From Armatimonadota bacterium (GTDB lineage: Bacteria > Armatimonadota > UBA10988): a stretch of DNA of 64,000 nt. The notes beneath the pieces were generated by a model. That model saw only the letters and a program-made list of their open reading frames with translations, was not told the origin of the DNA and searched no databases. The translations under genes and the position numbers were made by a program. The DNA lies in the NCBI GenBank assembly GCA_016235455.1, contig JACRKZ010000067.1, positions 64,001 through 128,000 on the forward strand, read 5' to 3'. This document shows positions 9,680 through 18,789 of this stretch, in pieces (the first letter of the stretch is position 1; every line of letters starts with the position of its first letter).

Positions 9680-11392
9680 CTACCCCCGGCTGGCGTAGCG
9701 CAGGTCGGAGACAGTGAACTGCGCGCGTTCCTCGCCGTTCCAGCTATCGACCGCCAGCGAGCCGACGGCCTCGACGCGCGCGCCGACCTCGACCCGCTCG
9801 GCGTTCTGCCCGGCTTGCGGCCAGAATGCCTTGAGCTGGCCGCGCATGTCGGTACGGAAGCTCAGTTGCAGATGGTTGCCATCGTTGGTGACGCGCACGC
9901 TGGCGATCTCGACGTCGGTCAGCTTGAGCACCGGCGCCGGGTTGCCATGGCCGAACGGCTCCAGCGCGGCGAGCTGGCGGGCCAGCTCCAGCGTGGCCAT
10001 GCGGCCCTTGACCGCGCACTCGTACTCGACCACGGGCGTCAGGTCGTCCTCGGTCATGCGGCTGCGCACCGCGGCATCGAACCGCTCACACAGCGCCTCG
10101 ATGTTGGCCGCCGGCAGACTGAAGCCTGCGGCGTGATGATGCCCGCCAAAGCCGGTGAGCAGGTCGGCGCAGTCGTTCAGCGCGGCGTGCAGGTCGACCA
10201 CGTTGGTGCTGCGGCCCGAGCCCTTGGCGTTCTCGCCGGAAATGGAGATGACCAGTGTCGGCCGATGGTAGCGCTGGCACAGCCGGCTAGCCACCAGGCC
10301 CACCACGCCTTCGTGCCAACCGTCACCCGACACAACCAGGCCCCACTTCTCGTGCAGGCTCAGGTTGCGCACGCGCTCGTGGGCGAGGTCGGTCAGCCGG
10401 CTCTCCACCTCGCGCCGCTCGCGGTTGAGCTTCTCCAGCGAGTCGGCCAGTTCCCAGGCCTGCTGGTTGTCCTCGGTGGTCAACAGGTCGAAGGCCGCGC
10501 GCGCGGTCTCCAGCCGACCAGCGGCGTTGAGCCGCGGACCGATGCCGAACCCGATGTCGCGCGCCGAGAGGCGTCCGCTCTTGCCCAGCCCGGCGATCTG
10601 CAACATCGCCAGCAGGCCCGGCGAGGTGGTACGGCCCAGACGCTTCAGGCCGTGGTAGACAAAGAAGCGGTTCTCACCGACCAGCGGCATGATGTCGGCG
10701 ACGGTGCCGATGGCCACCAACTCGAGCAACTCGGCGGCCGGGACCTTCGGGTCCTCGCCCAGCAACTCGGCGGTCTTCAGGCACAGCTTGTAGGCTACTG
10801 CCGCGCCGCAGATCTCCTTCTGGGGATACTGCGACTCCGCACGCTGCGGGTCGACCGTCGGCACGGCTGGCAGACGCTCGGGCGGCAGATGGTGGTCGGT
10901 GACGATGACGTCGACACCGAGCGACACCGCGGTCTCGATCTCCGCCGCGCCGCTCACGCCGCAATCCACGGTGACCATGAGGTTGGGCTTGTGCTGGGTC
11001 AGCACGCGGATCACCGCGCCGGCGTTCAGGCCGTAACCCTCGTCGAAGCGGTCGGGCACGTAGTAGTTGACCTTCACGCCGCGCGCCAGGAGGAACTTGT
11101 AGAGCAGCGCGCCGGCGGTGCTGCCGTCGGCGTCGTAATCGCCGTAGATGCACACCGACTGCTGCTCGCGCACGGCGGTGGCCAGACGCTCCGCCGCGGG
11201 CGCCATGTCCGGCAGCAACGCGGGATCGTGCAGGCTGGCGAGCGTGGGCCGCAGGAACTCGGGCATGGCCTCGGGCGTCAGGCCGCGGTTGAGCAGGATG
11301 TGGGCGACGACGGGGTCGATGGCGAGGTCACGCGCCGCCTGCCGCGCTTCGTCGCGCCGGTCCGCCGCGGGCCGCCAGATGCTGGAACGCAT
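9680..11392 (-). CDS. recJ: Single-stranded-DNA exonuclease RecJ
   Basis: YGDYDADG, VPDRFDEGYG, TVDCG, TDHH, GPRLNAAGRL, GGHHHAAG, EPFGHGN. Confidence 0.97.
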   Translation of the reverse strand: MRSSIWRPAADRRDEARQAARDLAIDPVVAHILLNRGLTPEAMPEFLRPTLASLHDPALLPDMAPAAERLATAVREQQSVCIYGDYDADGSTAGALLYKFLLARGVKVNYYVPDRFDEGYGLNAGAVIRVLTQHKPNLMVTVDCGVSGAAEIETAVSLGVDVIVTDHHLPPERLPAVPTVDPQRAESQYPQKEICGAAVAYKLCLKTAELLGEDPKVPAAELLELVAIGTVADIMPLVGENRFFVYHGLKRLGRTTSPGLLAMLQIAGLGKSGRLSARDIGFGIGPRLNAAGRLETARAAFDLLTTEDNQQAWELADSLEKLNRERREVESRLTDLAHERVRNLSLHEKWGLVVSGDGWHEGVVGLVASRLCQRYHRPTLVISISGENAKGSGRSTNVVDLHAALNDCADLLTGFGGHHHAAGFSLPAANIEALCERFDAAVRSRMTEDDLTPVVEYECAVKGRMATLELARQLAALEPFGHGNPAPVLKLTDVEIASVRVTNDGNHLQLSFRTDMRGQLKAFWPQAGQNAERVEVGARVEAVGSLAVDSWNGEERAQFTVSDLRYASRG

Positions 11393-11395
11393 CGT

Positions 11396-11908
11396 CTACC
11401 GCCCGCGCCGACGGTCGGCGCGTCGGCGCTGAGCGTCTTCGATGGCCAGCTTCTGCAGGTCCACCCCGGCCGCCACGTCGTCGTCGAGCAGTTCCGCGGA
11501 GCCAATGGGTGTGGCCGCCGGCACGACCGGGTCGATGGCGCCGATGGCGGTGTCGAAGCCTTCGCGTAGCACGGGCAGCGCGCCTTCCAGCGCGCGGTTG
11601 GCCGCGGCCAGGCGTTCGTTGTCGCGGCGCTGCGCCTCAATGGTGCTGCGCCAGGTGCGGCCCAGCGAAGCAAAGGTGACGATGGCGGCCAGGGCGCCGA
11701 TGATCGCGCCGAAGCCGAACACGCCCCCCAGCATCTCCGGCAGTGTGGCATACAGCCGGTTGTTGCCTGGCAACTCCAGCGCCAGCACGCGCGGATCCGC
11801 CACCGGCAGCGTGACCGCCTTGCCCCAGTTGAACCAGAGCACGATGACGAATAGCGCCACCGGCGCCACCACCAGCAACGTTGCCACGCCCATCCCGAGC
11901 CGCTTCAT
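11396..11908 (-). CDS. Membrane protein with two TM segments and a coiled coil (LapA-like)
   Basis: Two hydrophobic helices then a coiled coil and acidic tail; lies between the promoter at 11933 and recJ. Confidence 0.6.
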   Translation of the reverse strand: MKRLGMGVATLLVVAPVALFVIVLWFNWGKAVTLPVADPRVLALELPGNNRLYATLPEMLGGVFGFGAIIGALAAIVTFASLGRTWRSTIEAQRRDNERLAAANRALEGALPVLREGFDTAIGAIDPVVPAATPIGSAELLDDDVAAGVDLQKLAIEDAQRRRADRRRGR

Positions 11909-11932
11909 GCCATGGTTACCCCGGTCGTTGGC

Positions 11933-11961
11933 AGTATAGTCAAACCCTGGGCGACGGTCAA
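11933..11961 (-). promoter_or_regulatory. sigma70-type promoter for the LapA-like/recJ operon
   Basis: TTGACC-N17-TATACT on the minus strand. Confidence 0.75.
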
Positions 11962-12824
11962 CGCGCCAGCACATCGGCCGAAGGCAGCCAATGGTCGTCG
12001 AGCACCTGCACCATGGCCACGGACGTGGTGTCGGGCAGCGCCAGGCGCCAGACGATCTGCTTCTCCGCCGTCACCTCGAACAGGTCTGCCTTGTCGCCGT
12101 CGCCCGTGTAGTGCGCGAAGATGGTGTTGCCGTTGCGCAGCCGCACCACGGCGGTCACCGTGCTGACCTTGTCCGGCGCGGGCACCTCAGCGCAGGCGTA
12201 CTTCCAGATCAGCCGGTGCTCCTTGTCGTACTCGGTGACCCCCTCGAACGAGCCGACCACGGTGTTGCCGCCGGGCAGGCGCACCGCCGAGACCGGGCCG
12301 CCGATATCCAGCTTCCAGAGCTGCGTGCCGTCGGCGGCGAACTCACGCACGGTGTTGTCCGCGAACATCGGCGCCAGGTACGTGCCTTCGGGCGTCTTGC
12401 GGCAGAAGCGGAACTGCCCGTGGTTGCCCTTGAACCCGCTGGTCATCTGCACCGTGCGCTGCGCCTTGCCCTCGGCGTCGACTTCGAGCAGGCGGCAGGG
12501 GCCTTCGTTGCCCACCAGCACCAGCCCACCGTCCAGCGGCTGCGCCACGGGATTCTGGCAACCTTCGGGCACGGTGTAGGTCCACAGCGTCTGCTGATCG
12601 CGGTTCACCTTGCGAACACCGTTCAGCACGGCGCAAACGATGCTGCCATCGGGCAGAACGGCAGCATCCTGGGCGTGGTTCATGGGGCACTGCCAGAGCA
12701 GCTTGCCGTCGTTGTCCACGATGGCCACGCGGTCGGGGCTGTGGCTGGTGACCAGGAAGCAACGCGCGCCGGCAGGCGCCAGGGCCAGCGCGGCAGCCAG
12801 CAGACTCGTCAGAAGCTTGTTCAT
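11958..12824 (-). CDS. Secreted beta-propeller protein (PQQ-like/arylsulfotransferase-like repeats)
   Basis: Signal peptide MNKLLTSLLAAALALAPAGA; repeated LPDGxxV/EVDxxGKxxW blades; ATG 7 nt after TGCTACAAT. Confidence 0.75.
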   Translation of the reverse strand: MNKLLTSLLAAALALAPAGARCFLVTSHSPDRVAIVDNDGKLLWQCPMNHAQDAAVLPDGSIVCAVLNGVRKVNRDQQTLWTYTVPEGCQNPVAQPLDGGLVLVGNEGPCRLLEVDAEGKAQRTVQMTSGFKGNHGQFRFCRKTPEGTYLAPMFADNTVREFAADGTQLWKLDIGGPVSAVRLPGGNTVVGSFEGVTEYDKEHRLIWKYACAEVPAPDKVSTVTAVVRLRNGNTIFAHYTGDGDKADLFEVTAEKQIVWRLALPDTTSVAMVQVLDDHWLPSADVLAR

Positions 12825-12840
12825 GACGACCATTGTAGCA

Positions 12841-13815
12841 TCAGCGAGGCAGGTCGAAGGCCGCCGGTGCGATGGCCAGCAGGCCGCGGGTGCGCGCGTC
12901 GTGCTCGACCCGGTAGCAGAACCACGGGCGCTCGTCGGGCCCATCGAACACCGACAGATGACCGCCTTCGAACACCTGGCCGCGCGGGTCCTTGGTCCAC
13001 GGCCCCAGGGGCTTGTCCGCATAGGCCACGCCGGTCCAGTAGCCGGGCGCCCGGGGATCGCGGTAGTTCTGGGCGTACCACAGCACATAGCGGCCGCCCA
13101 GCCGTGCCATCCACGGGCCTTCCAGGTACTCGGGATCGACCCGGAAGGGGATGTCGTCGTTCCTGGCCGACAGCGCCAGCCGCTCCTCGCCAACCAGTTC
13201 AGCCTTGCCCTGCTCCAGTCGGCTCAGGTCGAGGCGCTGCACATATACATCGGACTTGGGCATGACGGCGTAGATGGTGCCGTCGGTGTCGCCGAACAGC
13301 GACGTATCGCACGGCCCATGGGGGATGGCGGTGATGTGCTCGTACGGTCCGGTCACTGTGTCGGCCACGCCGACGAAGGCATAGCCGGCCGTGCCCCAGG
13401 TGCCGGCCGGGTTGTACTCGCGACGGAGCCAGTTGTCGGCCGTGAAGATCAGGTAGTAGCGGCCGTTGATGCGGTGGATCTCCGGCGCCCAGAAGCGATG
13501 CCGGTAGGGACAGTCCTCGGGCAACTCACTCGACTTGACCAGCCAGTTCTCGAACCTGAAGGTGCCGAAATCCTTGGTGGAGTACAGCGCGATGCCCGGC
13601 GAGGAGCCGCAGTCAGGCTCCGCCAGATGCTGCTCGTCCCGGCCCCGGAAGGGCCACATGGTGAAGGTCAGGTACCAGGTGTCGCCTTCGCGGATGAGAC
13701 ACGGGTCGCGCACCTCGCGTCGCTCGGCGCTCTGGCCTTGCTGGTAGGCGAAGGGCAGCGGGCCAAGGGTCGGCGCGGCCAGGAGGCTGAGCATCAAGGG
13801 CAGACAGATCGCCAT
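12841..13815 (-). CDS. Glycoside hydrolase family 43 protein
   Basis: RDP, WAPEIHRINGRYY, GPY, DTSLFGD, EGPW, GH motifs of the five-bladed GH43 propeller; signal peptide. Confidence 0.85.
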   Translation of the reverse strand: MAICLPLMLSLLAAPTLGPLPFAYQQGQSAERREVRDPCLIREGDTWYLTFTMWPFRGRDEQHLAEPDCGSSPGIALYSTKDFGTFRFENWLVKSSELPEDCPYRHRFWAPEIHRINGRYYLIFTADNWLRREYNPAGTWGTAGYAFVGVADTVTGPYEHITAIPHGPCDTSLFGDTDGTIYAVMPKSDVYVQRLDLSRLEQGKAELVGEERLALSARNDDIPFRVDPEYLEGPWMARLGGRYVLWYAQNYRDPRAPGYWTGVAYADKPLGPWTKDPRGQVFEGGHLSVFDGPDERPWFCYRVEHDARTRGLLAIAPAAFDLPR

Positions 13816-13909
13816 GGCCACACGCTGACACACCGCCGGACCGATTGTCAAGCAGCACGGCGCGCCCAAATCTGCTAAAATCGCGCGCAAGCCCAAGGGG
13901 ATATGATCC

Positions 13910-16552
13910 ATGCGTAGCCGACCCGCCCTGTTGTCTCTCCTGCTGGCCGCGGTGCTGGTGCCCGTCGCCGGCAGTCGCGCCGTCGAGCCGGCCAGCTATG
14001 TGCGCCGCGCCACTGCGCGCGAAAGCCTGCAGGCCAGCCTGGCCGCGGCGGGCAACACGCGCGATGTCATCCAGCGCCGCCGCATCCTCGAGAAGCTGGC
14101 CCAAGACTTCGGCCGCGAGGCAGTCGGCGAGTTGGAGATCGAGCAGGACTGGCTGTTCCAGACGAACTACCAGGTCACGCCGGCCAGTGTGCGCCAGGAG
14201 ATCGAGTGGGCCCAGCAGGTGGCCAGTCGCCTGCCGGCGGGCGTGGGCGCGGCGCAGCGCGCGGAACTAGCGGCACTGCGCGACGGGCTCAACGCGGACA
14301 ACATCGAGGCCACCTACTTCGCGGTGCGCCGGGCCAAGCGCGCGCTCCTGTTCGCCGATCCGGCCGTCGACTTCAAGAGCGTGGTGTTGACCGACAATCC
14401 GTTCCCCAACAACAGCTTCGGCCACAACGCCCACGAGTCGGGTCACCGCAACCAGTACGGCACGACCAATGCCGGTGGTCGCCTGCTGGTGCTCGACGGC
14501 CTGCATCCCGGCGCGCCGCTACGCGATCTGGCGCCCGGGTTCGATGGCGTGTTCTGGCGGCCCGACCTGTCCTACGACGGCCGCCGGGTGGTGTTCTGCT
14601 ACCTGCCCAAGGACGGCCCGTCCTACAACCTGTACGAGGTGGGTGTCGATGGCCAAGGGCCGCGCCGGCTGACCAACAGCCCCTACGACGATCTCGATCC
14701 GATCTACCTGCCCGACGGCAACCTGATGTTCAGCACGACCCGCGGCAACACCTACATCCGCTGCCTGCCCCAGAGCCGCGCCTTCGTCATGGCCCGCTGC
14801 GATGCGAACGGCAAGAACATCTACCTGGTCAGCCAGGGCAACGAGCCGGACTACCTGCCCTCGATGATGCCCGACGGGCGCGTCATCTACACGCGCTGGG
14901 AGTACACCGAACGGCCGCTGTGGCGTGTCCAGTCGCTGTGGACCGCGCGACCCGACGGCACCGGCCACGCCGCCTACTGGGGCAACAGCAGCGTCTATCC
15001 CGACCTGCTCTGGGAGCCGCGCGCTGTGCCCGGCACCGACCTGATCATGTGCACCTGTGCGGGCCATCACAGCGTGTTCAATGGCTGCCTGACCCTGATC
15101 AACGTCAACGAGGGTCGGAACCATCCCGACGGCGTTCACAAGATCACCTCCGATGTCGCCTGGCCCGAGGTGGGCGATTCGAACGACCCGGTGGACAAGC
15201 GCTCGTTCTCGCCGCGCTACCATCGCACCGGCGACTTCACCGCCTACATGGCGCCCTACCCGCTCAGCCCCAACCTGTTCCTCGTGTCCGCGCGCACAGG
15301 CCCGCAGACCGGCGGCAACTCCCTCCAGCAGGATCCTGAGGTGGTGCGCTACGGGCTGTACCTGATGGACATCGACGGCAACAAGGAGCTGATCTACCGC
15401 GGCCGCCACAACGCCTGGTATGCCCAGCCGCTGCGCCCGCGCGCCAAGCCGCCCACGCTGGCCAGCACCGTGGCCTGGGCCAAGCCCGATGAGCAGGCCC
15501 AACCGGGCACCTTCTTCAGCTCCAACGTCTACCAGGGCGCCGCTGGCCTCAAGCCGGGCTCGGCCAAGTGGCTGCGCGTGCTGCAGATGGACGCCAAGAC
15601 CTACTCCATGGGCTTCAAGAGCCTGCGCCACAGCGGCCCGGCCGTGTCCATCCTGCAGGAGGATGGCGTCAAGCGCATCCTCGGCACGACCCCCGTCGAG
15701 CCCGATGGCTCGGTCAACTTCGAGGTGCCGGCCGGTAAGGCGCTGCACTTCCAGTTGCTCGACGAGCAGGGCCGCTGCATCCAAATCATGCGCTCGTTCA
15801 CCGGCGTGCAGCCCGGCGAGAAACGCGGCTGCGTCGGCTGCCACGAGATGCACAACACCGCGCCCACCCCGCCGCGCACCATGCCGGCAGCCATGCGGCG
15901 CGCCGCCCTGCCGCTGACCGAGCCCTCCTGGGGCGCGGGCACGTCGGTCAGCTTCGAGCGGTTCTGCCAGCCCGTGCTCGACCGCAATTGCGGCCTGTGC
16001 CACGCCGACAACGGTCGCGCCACACCGGTGCTCGACCTGACGCTGCGCAGCGGCGTCAACGAGGGCGGCATCAGCGAAGCCAACCTGCTGCCCTACAAGC
16101 AGCCGTACCTGACGCTGGTGGGCGATGCCTGGGGCTATCCCTCGCGCCTGGCCGACGGCGAAGCCGCCCCCCAACGCGGCCAGCCCGGCTATGGCATGGC
16201 CGGCCCGATCTGCGTGGAAGGCACCGGTGGCGACACCATGGGCGGCCTGCGCACGCTGCGGCCCTACACCATGCTGTCGTCGGCCAGCCCGCTCATCGCC
16301 CTGGCCATGAGCGGCACCCACTACGGCGTCAAGGTCGAGGGCGAGGACCTGCAGCGGCTGATTGCCTGGGTGGACTGCAACTGCGTCTACCGCGGTGACG
16401 AGGAGATCCGGCAGATCCCCGATCCGCCGCGACCGCCCGGCTGGGCTGTGCCGCCGCTGGTCCAGAGCGCGCCGGTCATCGACCGCACCAAGCCCATCGA
16501 TTACGTGCCCGCGGCCAGCGCTGTGGCGGCGGCCACCGACGCTCGGCCGTAA
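13910..16552 (+). CDS. HzsA-related secreted protein (TolB/WD40-like propeller + hydrazine synthase alpha middle domain + c-type hemes)
   Basis: DLSYDG, DLDPIYLPDG, YTRWEY, KRILGTTPVEPDGSVNFEVPA..FQLLD..MRS..QPGE; CVGCH and CGLCH heme motifs. Confidence 0.85.
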   Translation: MRSRPALLSLLLAAVLVPVAGSRAVEPASYVRRATARESLQASLAAAGNTRDVIQRRRILEKLAQDFGREAVGELEIEQDWLFQTNYQVTPASVRQEIEWAQQVASRLPAGVGAAQRAELAALRDGLNADNIEATYFAVRRAKRALLFADPAVDFKSVVLTDNPFPNNSFGHNAHESGHRNQYGTTNAGGRLLVLDGLHPGAPLRDLAPGFDGVFWRPDLSYDGRRVVFCYLPKDGPSYNLYEVGVDGQGPRRLTNSPYDDLDPIYLPDGNLMFSTTRGNTYIRCLPQSRAFVMARCDANGKNIYLVSQGNEPDYLPSMMPDGRVIYTRWEYTERPLWRVQSLWTARPDGTGHAAYWGNSSVYPDLLWEPRAVPGTDLIMCTCAGHHSVFNGCLTLINVNEGRNHPDGVHKITSDVAWPEVGDSNDPVDKRSFSPRYHRTGDFTAYMAPYPLSPNLFLVSARTGPQTGGNSLQQDPEVVRYGLYLMDIDGNKELIYRGRHNAWYAQPLRPRAKPPTLASTVAWAKPDEQAQPGTFFSSNVYQGAAGLKPGSAKWLRVLQMDAKTYSMGFKSLRHSGPAVSILQEDGVKRILGTTPVEPDGSVNFEVPAGKALHFQLLDEQGRCIQIMRSFTGVQPGEKRGCVGCHEMHNTAPTPPRTMPAAMRRAALPLTEPSWGAGTSVSFERFCQPVLDRNCGLCHADNGRATPVLDLTLRSGVNEGGISEANLLPYKQPYLTLVGDAWGYPSRLADGEAAPQRGQPGYGMAGPICVEGTGGDTMGGLRTLRPYTMLSSASPLIALAMSGTHYGVKVEGEDLQRLIAWVDCNCVYRGDEEIRQIPDPPRPPGWAVPPLVQSAPVIDRTKPIDYVPAASAVAAATDARP

Positions 16553-16574
16553 GCCATGGGGTGGGCCGAGGAGC

Positions 16575-17426
16575 CTACTGCGGCCCAGGCCAGCCGCCAA
16601 GCCGCGCCATCAGCCACCACCAGGCGCGCGCCGCGCGCTGGCTACCGACGTCGTTGAGGTGGCCGCCGTCGGTGGTATAGCCGTCCCATAGCGCCGGCGT
16701 GCCGGTCTCGTTGACCGCCAGGCTACCGTCCGGCTTGTGGCACTCGATGTCGGCGATGTCGAACAGCACCACGCTGTGCGTCCGGACGTACTGCGCCATC
16801 AGTTCGTTGAAGCGCAGACGCCGCTCCTGGAGCATGGCCTCACGCCGTAGCGGCATGGTCCAGTAGACGAAGGTGACCTGCGGGTAGGCCTGCTTCATGC
16901 GCTCCAGCACGCCGGTGTAAGCCGCGAAGGCCTGGTCGGTGTCGACGCGTGGCTGCATATCGGCCCAGCACAGCTTGAGCGAGGCGACCTGCACGCGGTC
17001 GCCCACGCCCGAGCGCAAGCGCTGCTCGAAGGCCTGCGCCTTGCCCGGTACGTTGGCCGCGTTGCCTACGAAGAAGTCGCCGAAGCCCTTGTGCTGCGCG
17101 TACCAGCCGGCCTGGATCATGTGCCCGATATCGAGCCGATACCGCGGCAACTGCCGGCTGAGCTGGTCCAGCCCGCCGATCACGTTCCAGCCCACCGATT
17201 CATGGCCGAGCAGCGTCTGCGTGACGCGCGCGCGGTCCAGCGCGTCGAGCGGGATCACCTTGTCGGCCGCGTCGACGCAGGTGTGGTCAATGACCATCGA
17301 GGCCGGCGCGGCTGGCGCCGTGTCCTGGGCCCGCGCTGCACAGGCGCTGAGCGCCGCTCCCACGATGGCCAGGCCGAAGGTCCAGGTCGCACGCCACGGC
17401 GGCCGTCGCCGGACAGAAACGGTCAT
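16575..17426 (-). CDS. Secreted SGNH/GDSL-like hydrolase
   Basis: Signal peptide; GHESVG, LFDIADIE and DGGHLN motifs; AAGGAG SD. Confidence 0.65.
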   Translation of the reverse strand: MTVSVRRRPPWRATWTFGLAIVGAALSACAARAQDTAPAAPASMVIDHTCVDAADKVIPLDALDRARVTQTLLGHESVGWNVIGGLDQLSRQLPRYRLDIGHMIQAGWYAQHKGFGDFFVGNAANVPGKAQAFEQRLRSGVGDRVQVASLKLCWADMQPRVDTDQAFAAYTGVLERMKQAYPQVTFVYWTMPLRREAMLQERRLRFNELMAQYVRTHSVVLFDIADIECHKPDGSLAVNETGTPALWDGYTTDGGHLNDVGSQRAARAWWWLMARLGGWPGPQ

Positions 17427-17559
17427 CGTCGGTCTCCTTGGCAGCTCAGTATTGCGCGCCCGCCGCGCGAGCGCAGGGCCTTCAGGGCGGGCCTTGCCGG
17501 ACGATAACGTGTTCAGACGCTCTTGTTTTCGTGCGTCCTTGCTTGACCAGGAACCAGCC

Positions 17560-18618
17560 ATGAAAATCGCCTCGTCGCAGCTGTCGCTGGCCAGCCAGCA
17601 CGTCGCCGTATCGTTCACCAGCATCAGCGAGAGCGCCACGCTGTGGATCGGCCAACCGCCGAACGGCACCGGCCCGACCACCGAGCCGCGCCGCGACCGG
17701 CTCGACCTGAGCGATGCCGGCGCGGGCCAGGTGCAGAGCAGCGCCGAGCAACCCGAGGAATGGCAGACCTCGGACCCCAAGTACGCCCTGGTCAAGCTGC
17801 TGCTCGAGCGACTGTTCGGCGCGACCTTCGACTGGCTCAATCCGAGCGACTTCACCGAACTGGACCCCGAGGCCCAGCGGAGCCAAGACGATCTGCGGCA
17901 GGTGGCCGCGGAGCAACAGGGCACCGCCACCGATGAGCCCGAAGGTTGGGGCCTGACCGTGACGCGCGACTACCAGCATGCGGAGGCCGAGGCCGTGCGC
18001 TTCCGGGCCCAGGGCCAGGTGGTCACCGCCGATGGCCAGTCGCTGCGCTTCTCGGTGGACATGGGCTTGAGCCGGGAGTACGCCATCAGGGCTCAGCAGG
18101 AGTTGCGCTTCGGCGATGACGCGCGCGTCCGTGACCCGCTGGTGCTCAACTACGCCGGACACGCCGCTGAGCTCACCGACCGCACCTTCGAGTTCGACCT
18201 GGATGCCGACGGCACCAGGGATCGGATCAGTTTCACCACGGCGGGCAGCGCCTTCCTGGCGGTCGACCGCAACCAGAACGGGCGGATCGACGACGGCTCC
18301 GAGCTGTTCGGCCCAGCCACGGGCGACGGCTGGGCCGAACTGGCAGCGAGCGACGACGACCACAACGGCTGGATCGACGAGAACGATGCCGCGTTCGACC
18401 AACTCCGGCTGTGGACCCGCGACGACCAGGGGCAGGACCACCTCACCGGGCTGCTGGCGGCCAACGTGGGCGCCATTGCCCTGGCCAGCACGGCGACGCC
18501 GTTCACCTACACCACCGCGGCCAACGAGACGCTGGGGCAGAGCCGCTCGGCGGGCATCTTCCTGCACGAAGACGGCAGCGGCGCCGGCACGGTGCAGCAG
18601 ATCGACCTCGTGGCCTGA
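17560..18618 (+). CDS. Protein with a C-terminal FrpC-like self-processing module (Asp-Pro site, DxDxDG Ca2+ loops)
   Basis: D192-P193 followed by LVL..FDLDADG..LAVDRNQNGRIDDGSELFG..LAASDDDHNGWIDENDAAFDQLRLW; start MKIASSQL after AGGA. Confidence 0.75.
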   Translation: MKIASSQLSLASQHVAVSFTSISESATLWIGQPPNGTGPTTEPRRDRLDLSDAGAGQVQSSAEQPEEWQTSDPKYALVKLLLERLFGATFDWLNPSDFTELDPEAQRSQDDLRQVAAEQQGTATDEPEGWGLTVTRDYQHAEAEAVRFRAQGQVVTADGQSLRFSVDMGLSREYAIRAQQELRFGDDARVRDPLVLNYAGHAAELTDRTFEFDLDADGTRDRISFTTAGSAFLAVDRNQNGRIDDGSELFGPATGDGWAELAASDDDHNGWIDENDAAFDQLRLWTRDDQGQDHLTGLLAANVGAIALASTATPFTYTTAANETLGQSRSAGIFLHEDGSGAGTVQQIDLVA

Positions 18619-18789
18619 TCTCTGGACGCGGGTGGTGGGACGCGGGACGAGCGAGTCCGACGCGGCCGCCCATGTGCCCGGTCGCAAGGTCCCACGTCGC
18701 ACGCCACACGCCCCATGTCCAAACACCATCCGCACTTGTCAAGGACGGGGACGACGTGATAGAAGTGTGCGGAAGGACGGGAGGTGGCC

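Noticed and set aside
13910-16552. Anammox hydrazine synthase
   Set aside because: No hzsB/hzsC nearby; HzsA-like proteins are common in heterotrophs
16939-17559. Upstream extensions of ORF calls (16939 +, 17930 -, 13193 -, 29411 -, 56922 -, 62779 -)
   Set aside because: They overlap neighbors or repeats; downstream starts have SD, promoter or signal-peptide support
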